Shown here: positions 1-12,530 of the stretch, piece after piece
Numbering within the stretch: the stretch's first letter is position 1
Layout of the letters: each line of letters starts with the position of its first letter
Assembly (NCBI GenBank): GCA_973895155.1
Contig: OZ316897.1
Span: forward strand, 21,232,260 to 21,296,259
DNA from: Marsupella aquatica
Taxonomy: Eukaryota > Plantae > Marchantiophyta
Direction of reading: 5' to 3'
DNA: 64,000 nt
Program-made: the position numbers and the translations under genes
Notes under the pieces: generated by a model
Seen by the model: only the letters and a program-made list of their open reading frames with translations
Databases searched by the model: none
Told to the model about the DNA's origin: nothing

Positions 1-1128
1 ATGACTAGATGCTCATGGTCTGAAGGAAGCACAGGCCATGGACATTATCCTCTCTAATTCCTTCAAATTAAAACATTCAGTACTCCCTCATCATGGGAAA
101 ACTGCTCAGGAATGACCCCGGACGATGCTTTTGCATCTGAAGGAATTATCCGGGCTAGCTTTATAATGGAGAAACCGCTTGAAGAATATTGCAATAGTTA
201 TCGTTCAGCATTAGGGCTGTTCAGAGTGCTCGATGATGACATTTAACCTTTACAGCTTATCAATAGTACGTGTAGAGCATCATTTTTCAACCTGGTCCTC
301 CTTTAAGGGAGAGCAGATGTACACTTGACCTAAGTCACCTCCATCTCTTGCCACTCATGTTTTGTGACTGTAAATACGGACGAGTACGTGTCAATCGTTG
401 AGTTTACGAAGTTGGTTGATCGAAGGCTTTTAACTTTTCCCTTCCGCTTTTCTCGGGAAAAACTGATGTGATTGATACCTATTTATAGATATTCAATCTT
501 CGAATGAAATTAAGCATTACACATTTTTTCACTCTCTTTTCGTGCAGGAGTTTTTTGTGGCAGTACTCAATTAAATCACAAGTCTTTAACGCCGGCTGAT
601 GTGCACCCCGGCCAGCCATCATGTGGAAGCCAGCTACGTGTTGCTACCGGACCTCGACAGGAACTAATTAACAGAACGAACTACTGTTACTCTAGAACAT
701 TCATCACCTCGCCAGCCCGGGGATCGACTGTTCTCTTATTTGTTGCATTCCCCATAGCATTGGATGGGCCGGTGCAGAGATACGATGCAAAAGCAAACCA
801 AAGGCAGAGACCTGGGCAGTACGTACGTTCGGATATACTGGATAGAAGAAGAAACATTGCAGCCCTGTTACAAAATCCAACCAGAGGTAGCCACCTGTTG
901 GCATTAATGGTTCCCCTAATCGTTCGGGTGGGTAACATGCGCAACCCAACCATAACAAATGAAACCAGGCCCCACCTGGTCTGTTGTGATCCCGGTTGTG
1001 ATCTGTTGGATGCGTGCGGAGACAGATATATATATGTGTAGCTAATTCAAACAAATTAAGCCGGAGCCAATCAAGTGCATATATGGTCTAGCGAGATGGA
1101 CGGAGAAATATAACATGCGCAACTCTAA
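1..1128. repeat. Copy 1 of a ~1.13-kb direct segmental duplication (copy 2 = 3809-4948); probably extends left of the window
   Basis: Both copies start ATGACTAGATGCTCATGG and end CATGCGCAACTCTAA; the ORF track gives identical peptides at 601-1054 and 4421-4874; a few small indels in the first half. Confidence 0.97.
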
Positions 1129-1253
1129 AGCACATCAAAAGCTCGTTCAGTTCAAACAGCTTAGTTGACTTTCGTCCTTTCTAATGTTTCGATTAGAAGC
1201 TTAAATCTTTGTCAGTACGTGTTAATTAAAATATATTGTCAGGAACTTAGGTT
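1128..1253. repeat. Continuation of the duplicated unit; its paralogous copy is at 41721-41850, on the far side of the TE cluster
   Basis: AAGCACATCAAAAGCTCGTTCAGTTCAAACAGCTTAGTTGACTTT...GTCAGGAACTTAGGTT is present at both positions with a few substitutions and one small indel. Confidence 0.92.
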
Positions 1254-1779
1254 GTTCTTTAACTTTCTTGCTAGTGACTTCATAATGCAACTCAAAGGAC
1301 AGAAACGAAACAAGAGTCGACGAAAGCTATGTGAATCAAAATACCCGTTCCTTTTCATTACGAAACATTAAGTACTTCATTTTCAAACAATGTTAAATGA
1401 TGGACAGGAGAAATATACTTTCACCAAACTACTGCAGGTAGGGAGCACCATTTATTTCCTTAGTTTCTGAGTTCAGAAGATATGAACCACATTTCTTCGA
1501 GTCAAAATATCAGCGGGAACATCAGTGGGAACAAAATGTCCACATATAAAAAGATGCATGGAAACCAGCCAAAAGTAAAATATCATTATTCAAAGCAACA
1601 TTCCTGGACACCCAGCCAGGGGCATTATTATTCAAAAGTATAGTAAGTGTAAGTTGCTAGCACCAAACTAGATTGTGCACCAAGGCCAGTCGATCTCCAT
1701 GCACAGATCTGTTGATCAGGTGATCCAGCCTTTGTTGCCGTGCTTGCCCTACTGTATGGCGCATTTTTTTCTGTGACAG

Positions 1780-2763
1780 CTACAATTTGGTCCAATTTTG
1801 GAAGAACTGGTATGGCTTGCCTGCAACAGCTGATACGTAGGAGCCGTCTCCATTCACTATCCAGAAACAATCTGGCATACATGAGCGACCGTCTGGCATG
1901 GGCCGCATGGGGAACTCCTGGCACCAGCTGTTGATGGTCTGACTATACGTTCCAGAACCAGGTACTACCATCGTGTAGCTGCAGTGCCAATTCATACATA
2001 ATGTCAAATTGTACCGCGACGAGAAATCAGGAAAATTTGTCCGACCGTGTGACTAAAACACCGTAGTTAAGCTGGATCTAATAGTCGTTCCAAATCTATT
2101 CTTAGCAAGAAAGCGTAGCTCTGGGTTCTTTTCCACCCACGAGAAAGCAAAAACAATTCTGACCTAATGCTTCTTTATTTCATAGGAGAAACAACTGATG
2201 AACCACTGCTCTAGCTTTAACTATCCCCCCAAATAACAGCAAAACACTAATTGAAGCAGCCCACCACCAACACCATAAAGGATACTCCAGAGGTATTGTA
2301 GCCGTAGCGTATTTGCATTGATGAGACATCTATTAATTGTCGTCACTCTTAGGTACCCGTCAGCCTGAGAAAGCTTAATTATCGAAGCAACCTAGCTACA
2401 GCTGCATGGCAGGAAATGTATAACTGTAAAACCGATCGAATCAATATAATGAACTATCAACTTAGAGGAAATTGTTATTAACAGAACTAGCCGACAAGTT
2501 TGAAGTACTCACTTCATGCCGACACAACCAATTGTGTCCTGCATATTCATATCGATAGTCAAACCCGGATCGAGAGTGACAAACGGGTAATTTACAACGT
2601 TGTTGTTGGTATACTGAACAGTTTTCTGATACTTGATTGTGTAAGAACCCTGCGCTTCTGGGTTGGTGATCTGGAGCGAGCCGATATTTTTTGCCAGCCC
2701 GCATTGAACGCAGGTTGCCAAAACCAGGAGGACAGCTAGCCATGAACATGTGGAGCTCGCCAT
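1780..2763 (-). CDS. Two-exon small secreted Cys-containing protein, S-protein homologue (SPH/PrsS, Self-incomp_S1)-like, 149 aa; exon 1 2763-2513, exon 2 1978-1780
   Basis: Signal peptide MASSTCSWLAVLLVLATCVQCGLA. Donor AA|GTGAGT at 2513/2512 and acceptor TGCAG|C at 1979/1978 with TTTGAC branch-like motif upstream; the phase-2 join (AA+C=Asn) restores frame; 251+199=450 nt. C-terminus CMPDCFWIVNGDGSY...FFQNW fits the SPH C..C.W...DG.Y...W pattern (family call from memory of the motif). Confidence 0.85.
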
Positions 2764-2942
2764 TGCGCCTTCTGAATCCGCTTATCTGACAGAATTGAGT
2801 AACGAAGCGAGAGAAACCGAAAGACGACCTAAACTGAGACAGAAACTTAAGACCGCACTCTGGAAGAGAGACTGAAAGACTCCTTAATCTCAACAGCAGG
2901 CAATTGAAAGGAAGTGTACTGGAGCAGCAGAGCAAGTCAGCC

Positions 2943-2949
2943 TTATATA
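2943..2949 (-). promoter_or_regulatory. TATA box (TATATAA) of the SPH-like gene
   Basis: CTATATAAGG on the minus strand, ~180 bp upstream of the ATG at 2763. Confidence 0.55.
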
Positions 2950-3119
2950 GCCAAGTATACGAACGACACACCTTTCCTGACATTTCAAGATAGGTCTGTT
3001 CCTAAGTGGTCAGTTGAGTCTGCAGCACGCCATGTACTGTAGTTTCCTCTTGTTTCGACCTTCAATCTGGCTTCTAGTCAGTGACACCCGTTTGGTTAGA
3101 CGCTGCATTTAGGTGCGTG

Positions 3120-3290
3120 CCCACTGGGGTCTACCCTAGGCTTTTTCCGTTTACTATAGGCTCCCCCACTGGGGTTTTACTGTAGACATTTATCTTTTAC
3201 CCTAGGCCTTTTCGGTTTACAGGCTTCCCCACTGGGGTTTTACCCTAGACATTTAACTTTTACCCTAGGGTTTTTCCGTTTACTCTAGGC
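3120..3290. repeat. Short degenerate tandem repeat (~60-65 bp period) containing CCCCACTGGGG and TTTACCCTAG(G/A) motifs
   Basis: Three CCC(C)ACTGGGG motifs and several ACCCTAG / TTTCCGTTTAC motifs between 3120 and 3290. Confidence 0.75.
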
Positions 3291-3499
3291 TTTTTACTTT
3301 TTTCCTTCTGCTTTTTTCCATTGGAAAATTGATGTGATTCACATATCTATTTGTACTCACTGTTTGATTAATGTATACAGCACGCATAATTTTTCATTCT
3401 CTCTTTTTGTCACCAGTTTTTTGTCAGTAATCTATCACACAGGTTATGGGCCAGTTTTCGGGGGCAGTTTCTAGAATTGAGAGTGCATACTCTTTCATT

Positions 3500-4250
3500 A
3501 TTTATCCTTGTGTTTTAGTCTATTATTATTTTCCTGTCACTACAGAGGACTTTCTTCCTGGTTTTTGCAAGTTTTTGCATCAAGATTTGTTTGGGTCACA
3601 TTTTCCAACATCATCCCTCCTAATTTCACGTGAGAATAAGGCATACATTTAGTGCTGCATCTTCTAGGCAGTTCAAACTACAAATCTTGAAAAGGTAATA
3701 TACTGCAACTATTCTTTCATCTGGTGTCTGACGGTACGTACATTGAAGGCAGTCATCGCTCCTACCCAAAGTACTGCACAATTACTTGATTACGAATTCC
3801 AGGATCGAATGACTAGATGCTCATGGTCTGAAGGAAGCACAGGCCATGGACATTATCCTCTCTAATTCCTTCAAATTAAAACATTCAGTTCTCCCTCATC
3901 ATGGGAAAACTGCTCAGGAATGACCCCGGACGATGCTTTTGCATCTGAAGGAATTATCCGGGCTAGCTTTATAATGGAGATCCGCTTGAAGAATATTGCA
4001 ATACTTATCGTTCAGCATTAGGGCTGTTCAGAGTGCCGGGTATCAAGCTCGATGATGACATTAAACCTTTACATCTTATCAATAGTACGTGTAGAGCATC
4101 ATTTTTCAACCTGGTCCTCCTTTAAGCGAGAGCAGATGTACGCTTGACCTAAGTCACCTAGCTCCATCTCTTGCCACTCATGTTATGTGACTGTAAATAC
4201 GGACGAGTACGTGTCAATCGTTGAGTTTACGAAGTTGATCGAAGGCTTTT
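3500..4250 (+). pseudogene. Possible highly decayed PIF/Harbinger-ISL2EU-like DDE transposase remnant (its 3' part is duplicated at 1-435)
   Basis: Scattered motifs in plausible order but different frames: EDFLPGF/ISRE, VSDGTYI (3725-3745), TK..W.IEGFN near 405-433; many stops and frameshifts. Confidence 0.3.
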
Positions 4251-4948
4251 AACTTTTCCCTTCCGCTTTTCTCGCGAAAAACTGATGTGATTTATACCTA
4301 TTTATAGATAGTCACTCTATGAATGAAATTAAGCGTTAGACATTTTTTCACTCTCGTTTCGTGCAGGAGTTTTTTGTGGCAGTACTCCAATTAAATCACA
4401 AGTCTTTAACGCCGGCTGATGTGCACCCCGGCCAGCCATCATGTGGAAGCCAGCTACGTGTTGCTACCGGACCTCGACAGGAACTAATTAACAGAACGAA
4501 CTACTGTTACTCTAGAACATTCATCACCTCGCCAGCCCGGGGATCGACTGTTCTCTTATTTGTTGCATTCCCCATAGCATTGGATGGGCCGGTGCAGAGA
4601 TACGATGCAAAAGCAAACCAAAGGCAGAGACCTGGGCAGTACGTACGTTCGGATATACTGGATAGAAGAAGAAACATTGCAGCCCTGTTACAAAATCCAA
4701 CCAGAGGTAGCCACCTGTTGGCATTAATGGTTCCCCTAATCGTTCGGGTGGGTAACATGCGCAACCCAACCATAACAAATGAAACCAGGCCCCACCTGGT
4801 CTGTTGTGATCCCGGTTGTGATCTGTTGGATGCGTGCGGAGACAGATATATATATGTGTAGCTAATTCAAACAAATTAAGCCGGAGCCAATCAAGTGCAT
4901 ATATGGTCTAGCGAGATGGACGGAGAAATATAACATGCGCAACTCTAA
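3809..4948. repeat. Copy 2 of the ~1.13-kb direct segmental duplication
   Basis: Near-identical to 1-1128 (offset 3808-3820). Confidence 0.97.
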
Positions 4949-5222
4949 TGCATGGGAGCCACCAGCTGGCTGGTATATTGGGATCACTCGGATGGGAGGA
5001 GAACTATGCTCAATCGTAATACAAAAGCACAGGCTGCTCAATTGGAATCCATTGGCTGGGTGGAGATATGTACTCAGGTGACCACGAAATTAATAAAGAC
5101 AAACGAGAGAGTCAAGTTCTTCTCCAATTACCGTCCAATTGATTCCAATTGAGCAGGCAGCTGTGGAGTAAACCAGGAGACATCCGTGGAACCACATTTA
5201 GGCAGGGGTAAAAAAATTTATA

Positions 5223-5304
5223 ATTGGATCCACTGGCTCTTGTTAGCCAAATATATCGATCCAGGTAATCCTTCAGTTGGTCACCAGGAGCCAGTGGATC
5301 CAAT
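5223..5304 (+). ncRNA. Imperfect 28-bp-stem hairpin (candidate pre-miRNA or MITE relic)
   Basis: ATTGGATCCACTGGCTCTTGTTAGCCAA (5223-5250) pairs with TTGGTCACCAGGAGCCAGTGGATCCAAT (5277-5304): 26/28 positions paired on + including 2 G-U; 26-nt loop. Confidence 0.35.
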
Positions 5305-6012
5305 CATTATATATTAACATCTGAGGTAGTTGAGTACATGTAGGAACCCAACTCAAAAGAATGAGTGATTTATCACAAGGTATCCCAGCAATCAAGACAA
5401 TATAATCAACCTAGGGCGCGCTGTCTTAATCGATCATCTAGGGGCCCCTCAAGTGATGGACTTCATGCAAGGGTTAGTTGAGATTCAAGTATAACTTGAA
5501 GATATACACGGTGGCTTTCCATCTCATTCGAACTAACACATTCAAGTGCTTCATTCTGTTCGGGCATGTCTTCATCTAATCAGCACGCCTTCTCGAATCC
5601 ACACATATAGCCCTGGACGGTTTCTTTGTTATAATTAATATTGTCTCTAGCTAGTACTCTTTACTTCAAGTCTGAAATGGCCACGTATATGCATCATTGC
5701 AAATGCGATTCGATCAATTAAAAAGCACCGACTCAACTAAGTCTGATCGATCTGGGAAGTGCATGTTTTTGGGTGTGGACTGCTAAGTTGTACAAAACCC
5801 ATAAATTAAATTTAAAAATTTTAATTTAAAAATAAAATAAAAATAAAAATATATATATATATATCCTAAACTATAATACACTGTTGTGCCCTTTTTTGCA
5901 GTGGTAGTCATTCAAATTTGCAGGGTCAAAAAAAAATCAAAAAAAGTTAATCCTAGCAAACCAAAGAATCAGAGCTATATTAAATTTAGTGTACACCAAA
6001 AGTGAATCAAGT

Positions 6013-7758
6013 GTCCGCGTGGATCACAGATACATCAGAGAGACTCTGGTCTCGTCTGGATTGAGTCCCATGTTTACCAGTAGAATAATGAGTCTAATGA
6101 CCAATGCCACAGCGAAGGCTCACGTAAACGGGCAATTCACTCAGCCTATCCATTTATTGCGAGGAGTTCGACAAGGCTGTCCCCTCGCCCCACTGGTTTA
6201 TGCATTGTCCACCCAGCCCTTGATGGATTTCTTTGATGCGGCGCTCTTGGCTGGTGAGGTGCATGGTATTAAGATAAACAACCATCTTACCCTTTTCCAT
6301 CGTTTTTTTGTTGATGATCTCGGAATATACACCCCTGCAATGGAATCCTGTTTTCTGGAAATTAGACAAAAGTTGGAGATTTATGAGTTAGCTGCGGGAG
6401 CAAAATTAAACTTAGAAAAGACTGAGGTCTTTAGTTTCTGTCTAGAATCGATTCCGCAATGGCTAATAGACTCAAATGTTATTGTTATCCCGCATGGACA
6501 GCTTTCGTGCTATCTTGGAGCTCCGTTCGGACAAGATATATCCAACCAACAGATTCAAGATTTTTGTATGAAAAAACTTAAGAATCGGCTCTCTAGCTGG
6601 TCTAACAAAAAATTCTCCTTCACCGGACGGGTTCTATTGGTAAAACAAATTTTGTTATCAATGACCGTTTACCACATGATGTATACGCGTATAGCTGGTA
6701 GCCTCTCTAACATGATTCGACAGACATGTAAAGACTTCCTTTGGGGTTATAATAAAGATGGTGGTCGAAAAACACCACTTCTTTCTTGGGAACGTATGTG
6801 CTGCAGAAAACAGGATGGCGGCCTTGGATTTAAAGATATCCAGACTCAAGCTTCGGCCCTGCTTGCACGATGGTCGGTTAGAATGATTACTGACTCATCT
6901 TCGGATTGGGCACTGCTATTCTCAGCTAATATTTGTTTGGCTGCATGGAAACAGTCGGTTCTCCTCAGAACATCGGGATACACTCCAATGGACAGATTCC
7001 TGTTCTCAACCCCATCGAGCTTTCGTGGAATGAGATATACCGAAGGAATTTGGAAAGCATGGATTCAGATTCGGGGGAACTTGCACTGGAGCTCTTCCTC
7101 TCTCGCCATTCCTGCTCGATGGCGCATAGCAGACCTCCTCAGAATATACTTTCGCACTCATTGTTTCCCAACTCCAGTTCTTCCTCTCATTACTTCTGCT
7201 TGCTCCCGATTAAATATTCACTGTGTACTAGATCTTTGGAACACACATTTAGGTATCTGGATTGATTTTTCGAACAGGATCTCTAGGTTACGTGGACTAG
7301 GGGCTTCGAATATCATTGTTCTTACCAACATACTTCGGCTTTTTCAGGATGGCCCTCCACCATCAGGTTCTTCCTCCTTTGTTCCAGCTCAATGGTTTTG
7401 GAAGGGACTCAAAAATCACCACTCCCCACGGGTTCTCAGTAGCGTTCCGGCATATAAATTTATTGGCCAATCTGGCGCAGACTCTCGTTCGCTGAACATC
7501 AGATGGGGCTCCTCAGATTCCCCCTCCACATGGCAAAGGAGATGGAGGCGGTTATGGAGATCAGATTTGTCAAATCGTGGGAAAATTTTTATATGGCGGG
7601 TCCTGGCTGTTGGTCTGTTCACTGGCAGGGGAGCATTCCAGTGTGGTCATGGGGATGGAATGTGCCCCCTTGGCTGTGGCATCCCCGAAGATAATAAGCA
7701 CATATTTTTTATGTGCACTCAAACCACAATGGCCTGGAACCGGACTGCCTGGTTCTAC
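6013..7758 (+). mobile_element. 5'-truncated L1-type LINE, ORF2 segment 1 (RT C-terminal half and zf-RVT), interrupted by Gypsy A
   Basis: RVDH, RGVRQGCPLAP, FVDD, YLGAP, GRVLLVKQIL, GGLG, CPLGC..ED..HIFF.C motifs; the reading frame is cut at TSD TCTAC (7754-7758). Confidence 0.92.
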
Positions 7759-9660
7759 TGTGGTGCGTCCCATGGCTCCCTAAACCCAAGAAACCCCCCA
7801 GCTCAAGCCGATTCCCGCAGGTTTCGTGCTTGGCGAGGCCGTTTCCGCGGCTTAGCGGCATGGGACGCTGCTAACCTTCTACTACTACTATTAACATTTT
7901 ACACACATATACTGGACAGATCCTTCATCGGGTCATGAGATACGTAGCCGGCCTAATATAGGCCTTCCCCTGTCTTCCCCTGTCTTCCTGTTAGGTATGT
8001 TTGGATTCCGCCGCCGGAATGATCCCCAATAGGCTTGGTTAAGCCGCTAAGACCTCTCTCAGCTCGACACATCCAACTCTCACTCCCCTGCTTACTTTCC
8101 TTCCTTCTGTTGATGTGGGCACTCTTCACACAAGTTAATGCGACACACAAATAGCAAAATGACTCATTTTGACTGAGTCATACCATGCACTTGCCATACA
8201 AACAGTACATCTCATACACAAGTTCTGCAAACTAAGCCGTGAGGCCAACTCTATTCAGCTCTTAGGCATGAGGAAACATGAATATACACAAGGGTCACTG
8301 TATGACTAACCGAGAGCTTCTCGTACTACTTGATCCCAGCCCGGCTGGTGCAAACTAAAAACTTGCTAAAGAAGAGGCCCTGAGCTCCCCGCTGCCCAGG
8401 TACTTATCCTGGTAGTGGATCCGCCATTCTTTGCATCGTAAGCCTAATCTACCTGACAGTAATCTACTTGCCCGAATCTACCTATGTACAGCAAGGCAGG
8501 AGCACAAGTGTTGCTCCTACCAGTGGGACCGCAATCCCACTAAGCTAAGTGTCAGGGCCGCTCCTGGTTCTGATCCTAATCCTAAACGTGGAGATCCGCG
8601 CCTGCCCTGCCCACTCACGCCTCCTCCCTCCACGTCCGCCCTCCCTAAAAGGAACGGCGCCCTTGCACCGTCACGACACCGGTGGTGGATCCTCAATGGA
8701 CGCCCCCAACACTTCCTCCTCAGCCACTGCCGTTGGCCCGCCTACTGACAGATTACCTGCCCTTGACCGAGTCAACTCTCCATCGGCCTGACTGGGTCCA
8801 CCTTCGGCTTCAGCCTCGACACCGGCCTCGGCAATACCCACGGCTTCGGCCTCAGCCACTCCCATGGCTTCGGCCTCAGCCACTCCCTCGGCTTCGGCCT
8901 CCCCTTCCCCTAGGGTAGTTGGATCCTTAGCCGTGACCCTGTCTGGGGTCGGTGCTGGGTCTACCTCCTTGATCACCACGGCCTGTGAAGTCGTATTACT
9001 CCTTGACCCTGAAGGTTTCCGCTTCTTCTTCGTTGGTGGCTCGGCAGCTGGTCCCTTCCCCTTCCCACTTACTTCCGGCACTGGTGCAGGTGGCGCGGCT
9101 TGTCCTTCGGCAATTACCACCCCTGGTAACTGGTTTGTCCCAACGGGAGATGGACCTGCTGCAGCTAAGCATTTAAATACTGCGGCTTGTTTCTTCAGCC
9201 GCTCTGTTTGGTTGTCGGCCCGCCGCTGTAGGTTCTCCATCTTCCTCGTGATTTCCTCCAACTCCTCTTGGGTTTCATCCAGGTCCTTACGTGCCCCCTC
9301 CAGCTCGTTTTTGGCCTCCTCCTGCTCCCTGTGGGCTTCCTCCAATTCCTTCTTCAAGGTAGCCCTCTCCTCCTGGGTTGCTCTTAGCTCCTTGTCGAGC
9401 TCTGCAATGATGACAGACTCCATCTGGTTCATCTTGGCGTAAGTCTGTTCGAGCATCTCGTCCTTCTCCCTTAGGTCGGCCTTGAAGCTGGCCGTCAGGG
9501 ACGCAAGCTCCTGCTGCAGCGCCATAATCCCTTGATAGGATTTCCCTAACTCTACCTCCTTCTGCTCAAGGGCTCCGCGGATTTTCTCGAGCTCCCCTTT
9601 CAACGCCCATTCCTTTCTTTGGGTCTCCGCCATGGCCCGGCTGTTGGCTGTTATGTGGGC
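7759..9660 (-). repeat. 3' LTR of Gypsy A, truncated on its inner (U3) side
   Basis: Matches 21258-21526 (offset 13499) and 33868-35067 (offset 25407), with ~3 substitutions seen by eye. Confidence 0.93.
8671..9660 (-). pseudogene. C-terminal fragment (coiled coil, NLS-like KKKRK, AEAE repeats) of the LTR-encoded protein of element A
   Basis: Translation identical to the last 320 aa of ORF 34078-36396. Confidence 0.9.
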
Positions 9661-12401
9661 TGTTGGCTGTTATGAGGCTCTTTCCTCAATTGTAACTTGA
9701 AATGTCGGTATCTCAAGTTGCATGGGTACCAGGGCTTCTTGTCCAAAGGTTAAGAAGAAGGGTGTATGACCGGTAGTGGATTTATAGGCAAGATTGTAAG
9801 CAAAAACAGCAGCAAACAATTTATCATCCCAATCGAGTTTGTTCTGAGCTACTGTCTTGTTCAATATCTTTCCTATGATCTCGTTTGCTCGTTCTGTCAA
9901 CCCGTTTGCCTTTGGATGGTAGGGAGTAGTAGGCCTATGTTTAACTAAATACTGCTCATTTAAATGACTAATTATATCATTCAAAAAATGGGTTCCTCTA
10001 TCACTAACTAATTCTAGGGGTGCTCCATACCTGGTGAAGATCTGCTCATACATGAATCTAGCCATAGTAATTGCATCATCCTTCGTTGTTGGTCTGGCCT
10101 CTACCCATTTAGTTGCATAATCCGTAGCCAGGATTATGTACTTGTTCCGTCGAGGGTGGGTCAGTGGTTTCAGAGGTCCAATGTAATCAATACCCCACTT
10201 CTCGAATGGTGCCAGAGGTAGAATAGGGTGCAGTGGATGCCTGGTGGACGCCCTTGGTCCTCCCGCTCGTTGACAAGGATCGCATTGTTTGATAAACTGA
10301 TAGACATCTTTGTGCAAGGTGGGCCACCAGTAACCGGCATTTAATATCTTCTTAGACGTGGTTACTGGGGCAAAATGTCCTCCGGCCTCCTCTCCATGCA
10401 TGGCCCGTAGGACTCGTTTTACCTCTCTCTTTTCCAAACACCTTTGAATCGTGCCGTTGATTCCATGCTTGTGCAGTATGCCTTTAATGCACTAATACTG
10501 TCTGACCTTCCGCACAAAGACTGCGGCTTGCTCTCGGCTTAATCCTGGCTGTAATCTGGAAGTGCTGAGAAATTGTAAAATCTCAGGGTACCATGTACCA
10601 GCTATTTCCACAACGAATAGCTCCTCGTCGGGGAATCGATCATCGATGCAATCCGTGGCAGGTTTACCTGTGATCCTTGAAAAGAAGTCGGCATTGGCAT
10701 GTAACTTTCCCGGCTTGATCCTCAGCTCATAGTCAAACTCCTGTAATAGCAAAATCCATCTTGCTACTCTGCCTGTAAGGTCCGGCTTATTGACTAGGTA
10801 CTTCAAACTTTCATGATCAGTATGAAAGATTACCTTGTACCCTAGTAAATAATGCCTAAACTTTTTACAAGAATAAATGACTCCTGATGCTTCTCTTTCC
10901 GTGGTAGAGTAGTTCCGTTCGGCATCGGCAAGCTGACGGCTTGCGAAGTATATGGGATGGTCCCTTCCTTTCTCATCCAACTGACTTAGTACTGAGCCAA
11001 TACAGAAGCCCGAGACATCTACAAAAACATGAAAATCTTTGTTCCAGTCCGGTGCTATCATGACTGGGGCCTCTACTAACATCTGCTTCAATTCTACCAC
11101 CGCTGTGACTCGTTCGGGTGTGGGTTCGAAGTCTGCTCCTGCCTTGAGCATATTGGTTAATGGTAAAGCCAGCTTGGCAAAATCCTTGATGAACCGGCGA
11201 TAGTAACCAATGCATCCCAAGAAGGATCTTACATCCTTTATGTTCTTAGGTTGCATGATATCTAGCCATACTGCTAGCTTACCTTTGTCAATCTCAATGC
11301 CCTTCCTTGATACCTTGTGACCTAGTAGCACCCCCTCGGTTACTGCAAAAAAACATTTATCTGGGTGTAACTTGAGACCCACCTCTCTACATCTCATGAA
11401 GGTTTTCCTGAGGTATTTAGCATGTTTCGATGCCTTCCCGAATACTGCAAAGTCATCAATGAAGATTTCCATGAACTTTCTCAAGTAATCATGAAAAATG
11501 TTCACCATTAATCGTTGGAACATAGCTGGTGCGTTGCAGAGTCCAAACAGCATACGATTGAAGACATAGATCCCCCATTCCGTGATGAAGGCCGTCTTGA
11601 TTTGGTCTTCCTGCCGAATCCTGATTTGGTTATAACCAGAGTATCCATCCATGAATGAATATAGTTCATGACTGGCTACCATGTCTAGTACCATATCAGT
11701 AAACGGTAAAGGAAAATGGTCTTTTAATGTTGCTTCATTCAGCTTCCTGTAATCCTGACAAACCCGGATCTTGGGTTTACCATCGGGTCCAGCTTTCTTG
11801 GGAACTATCACAATTGGAGACACCCAGTCTGAATGCAGGACTGGAGTGATGAATCCAGCTTCCACTAGTTTGTCGATTTCTGTTTTGACCAGCAGGGAAT
11901 ACTTCGGGTTCATCCTTCGAATTGGTTGTCGAAATGATTTGGCTCCTAACATGAGATCAATTCGATGTTCCCCTAGTGTTGGATCTACTCCCTTTAGATC
12001 TTGGTGACTCCATGCAAACACATCCTGAAATTCAATCAATAAGTCACTGATCTCTTTCTCGAGCTCAGGTGCTAGGTTTCTCCCTAAGTTCAGTTCTCTT
12101 CCCTCTCCTAAGTCGAGCTTCCGATATTGCCGTGCTTGGATCTGTTGAGCATAGACGATGATCGCAACGGCAAGCCCATGAACCATCCAACGCACAATAG
12201 TCGACACAAGAGATACATGGTTCACCTCCTTGAGGCTACGTCCACGGGAACACACAAGAGAGCTTTATTGAACTCTAAGCCCGTCGGCTATACCGAGTCT
12301 CCACAGTGTAAGCTCTCCCTATCTCTCAAGTGGCTCCATAACAATGAGCCTTGGTTCTACCTCTCCAAGCACACATGCCTCTTATGATATAGTGTGCAAC
12401 T

Positions 12402-12530
12402 TAGTTGTACCTAACCACATAGTTGTACCTAATCACGTAGTTGTACCTAACCACATAGTTGTACCTAATCACGTAGTTGTATCTAACCACGTAGTTGTAC
12501 CAACCCACGTTGTTGTACCAACCACGTCAT
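12402..12530. repeat. 18-bp tandem repeat (~7 units, TAGTTGTACCTAAYCACR) inside the Copia LTR; also at ~17715-17843
   Basis: Directly visible; it produces the spurious VVPNH repeat ORFs. Confidence 0.9.

Noticed and set aside
601-1054. ORFs of 88-166 aa in the duplicated segment (also 4361-4874)
   Set aside because: Identical only because of the recent duplication; the diverged third copy at 45060-45330 has frame-breaking indels; no recognisable motifs.
5989-7938. 649-aa ORF as a complete gene
   Set aside because: Chimeric: begins in flanking DNA at a GTG, is LINE ORF2 to 7758, then reads into the Gypsy LTR.
7759-8460. Self-cleaving ribozyme (retrozyme-like) in the LTRs
   Set aside because: I found no hammerhead core (CTGANGA...GAAA) with supporting stems by eye; an Infernal/Rfam search would be needed to exclude it.
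10492-12255. 587-aa ORF start MCSRGRSL...
   Set aside because: The N-terminal ~37 residues derive from the Copia LTR; the rest is Gypsy A RT-RH.
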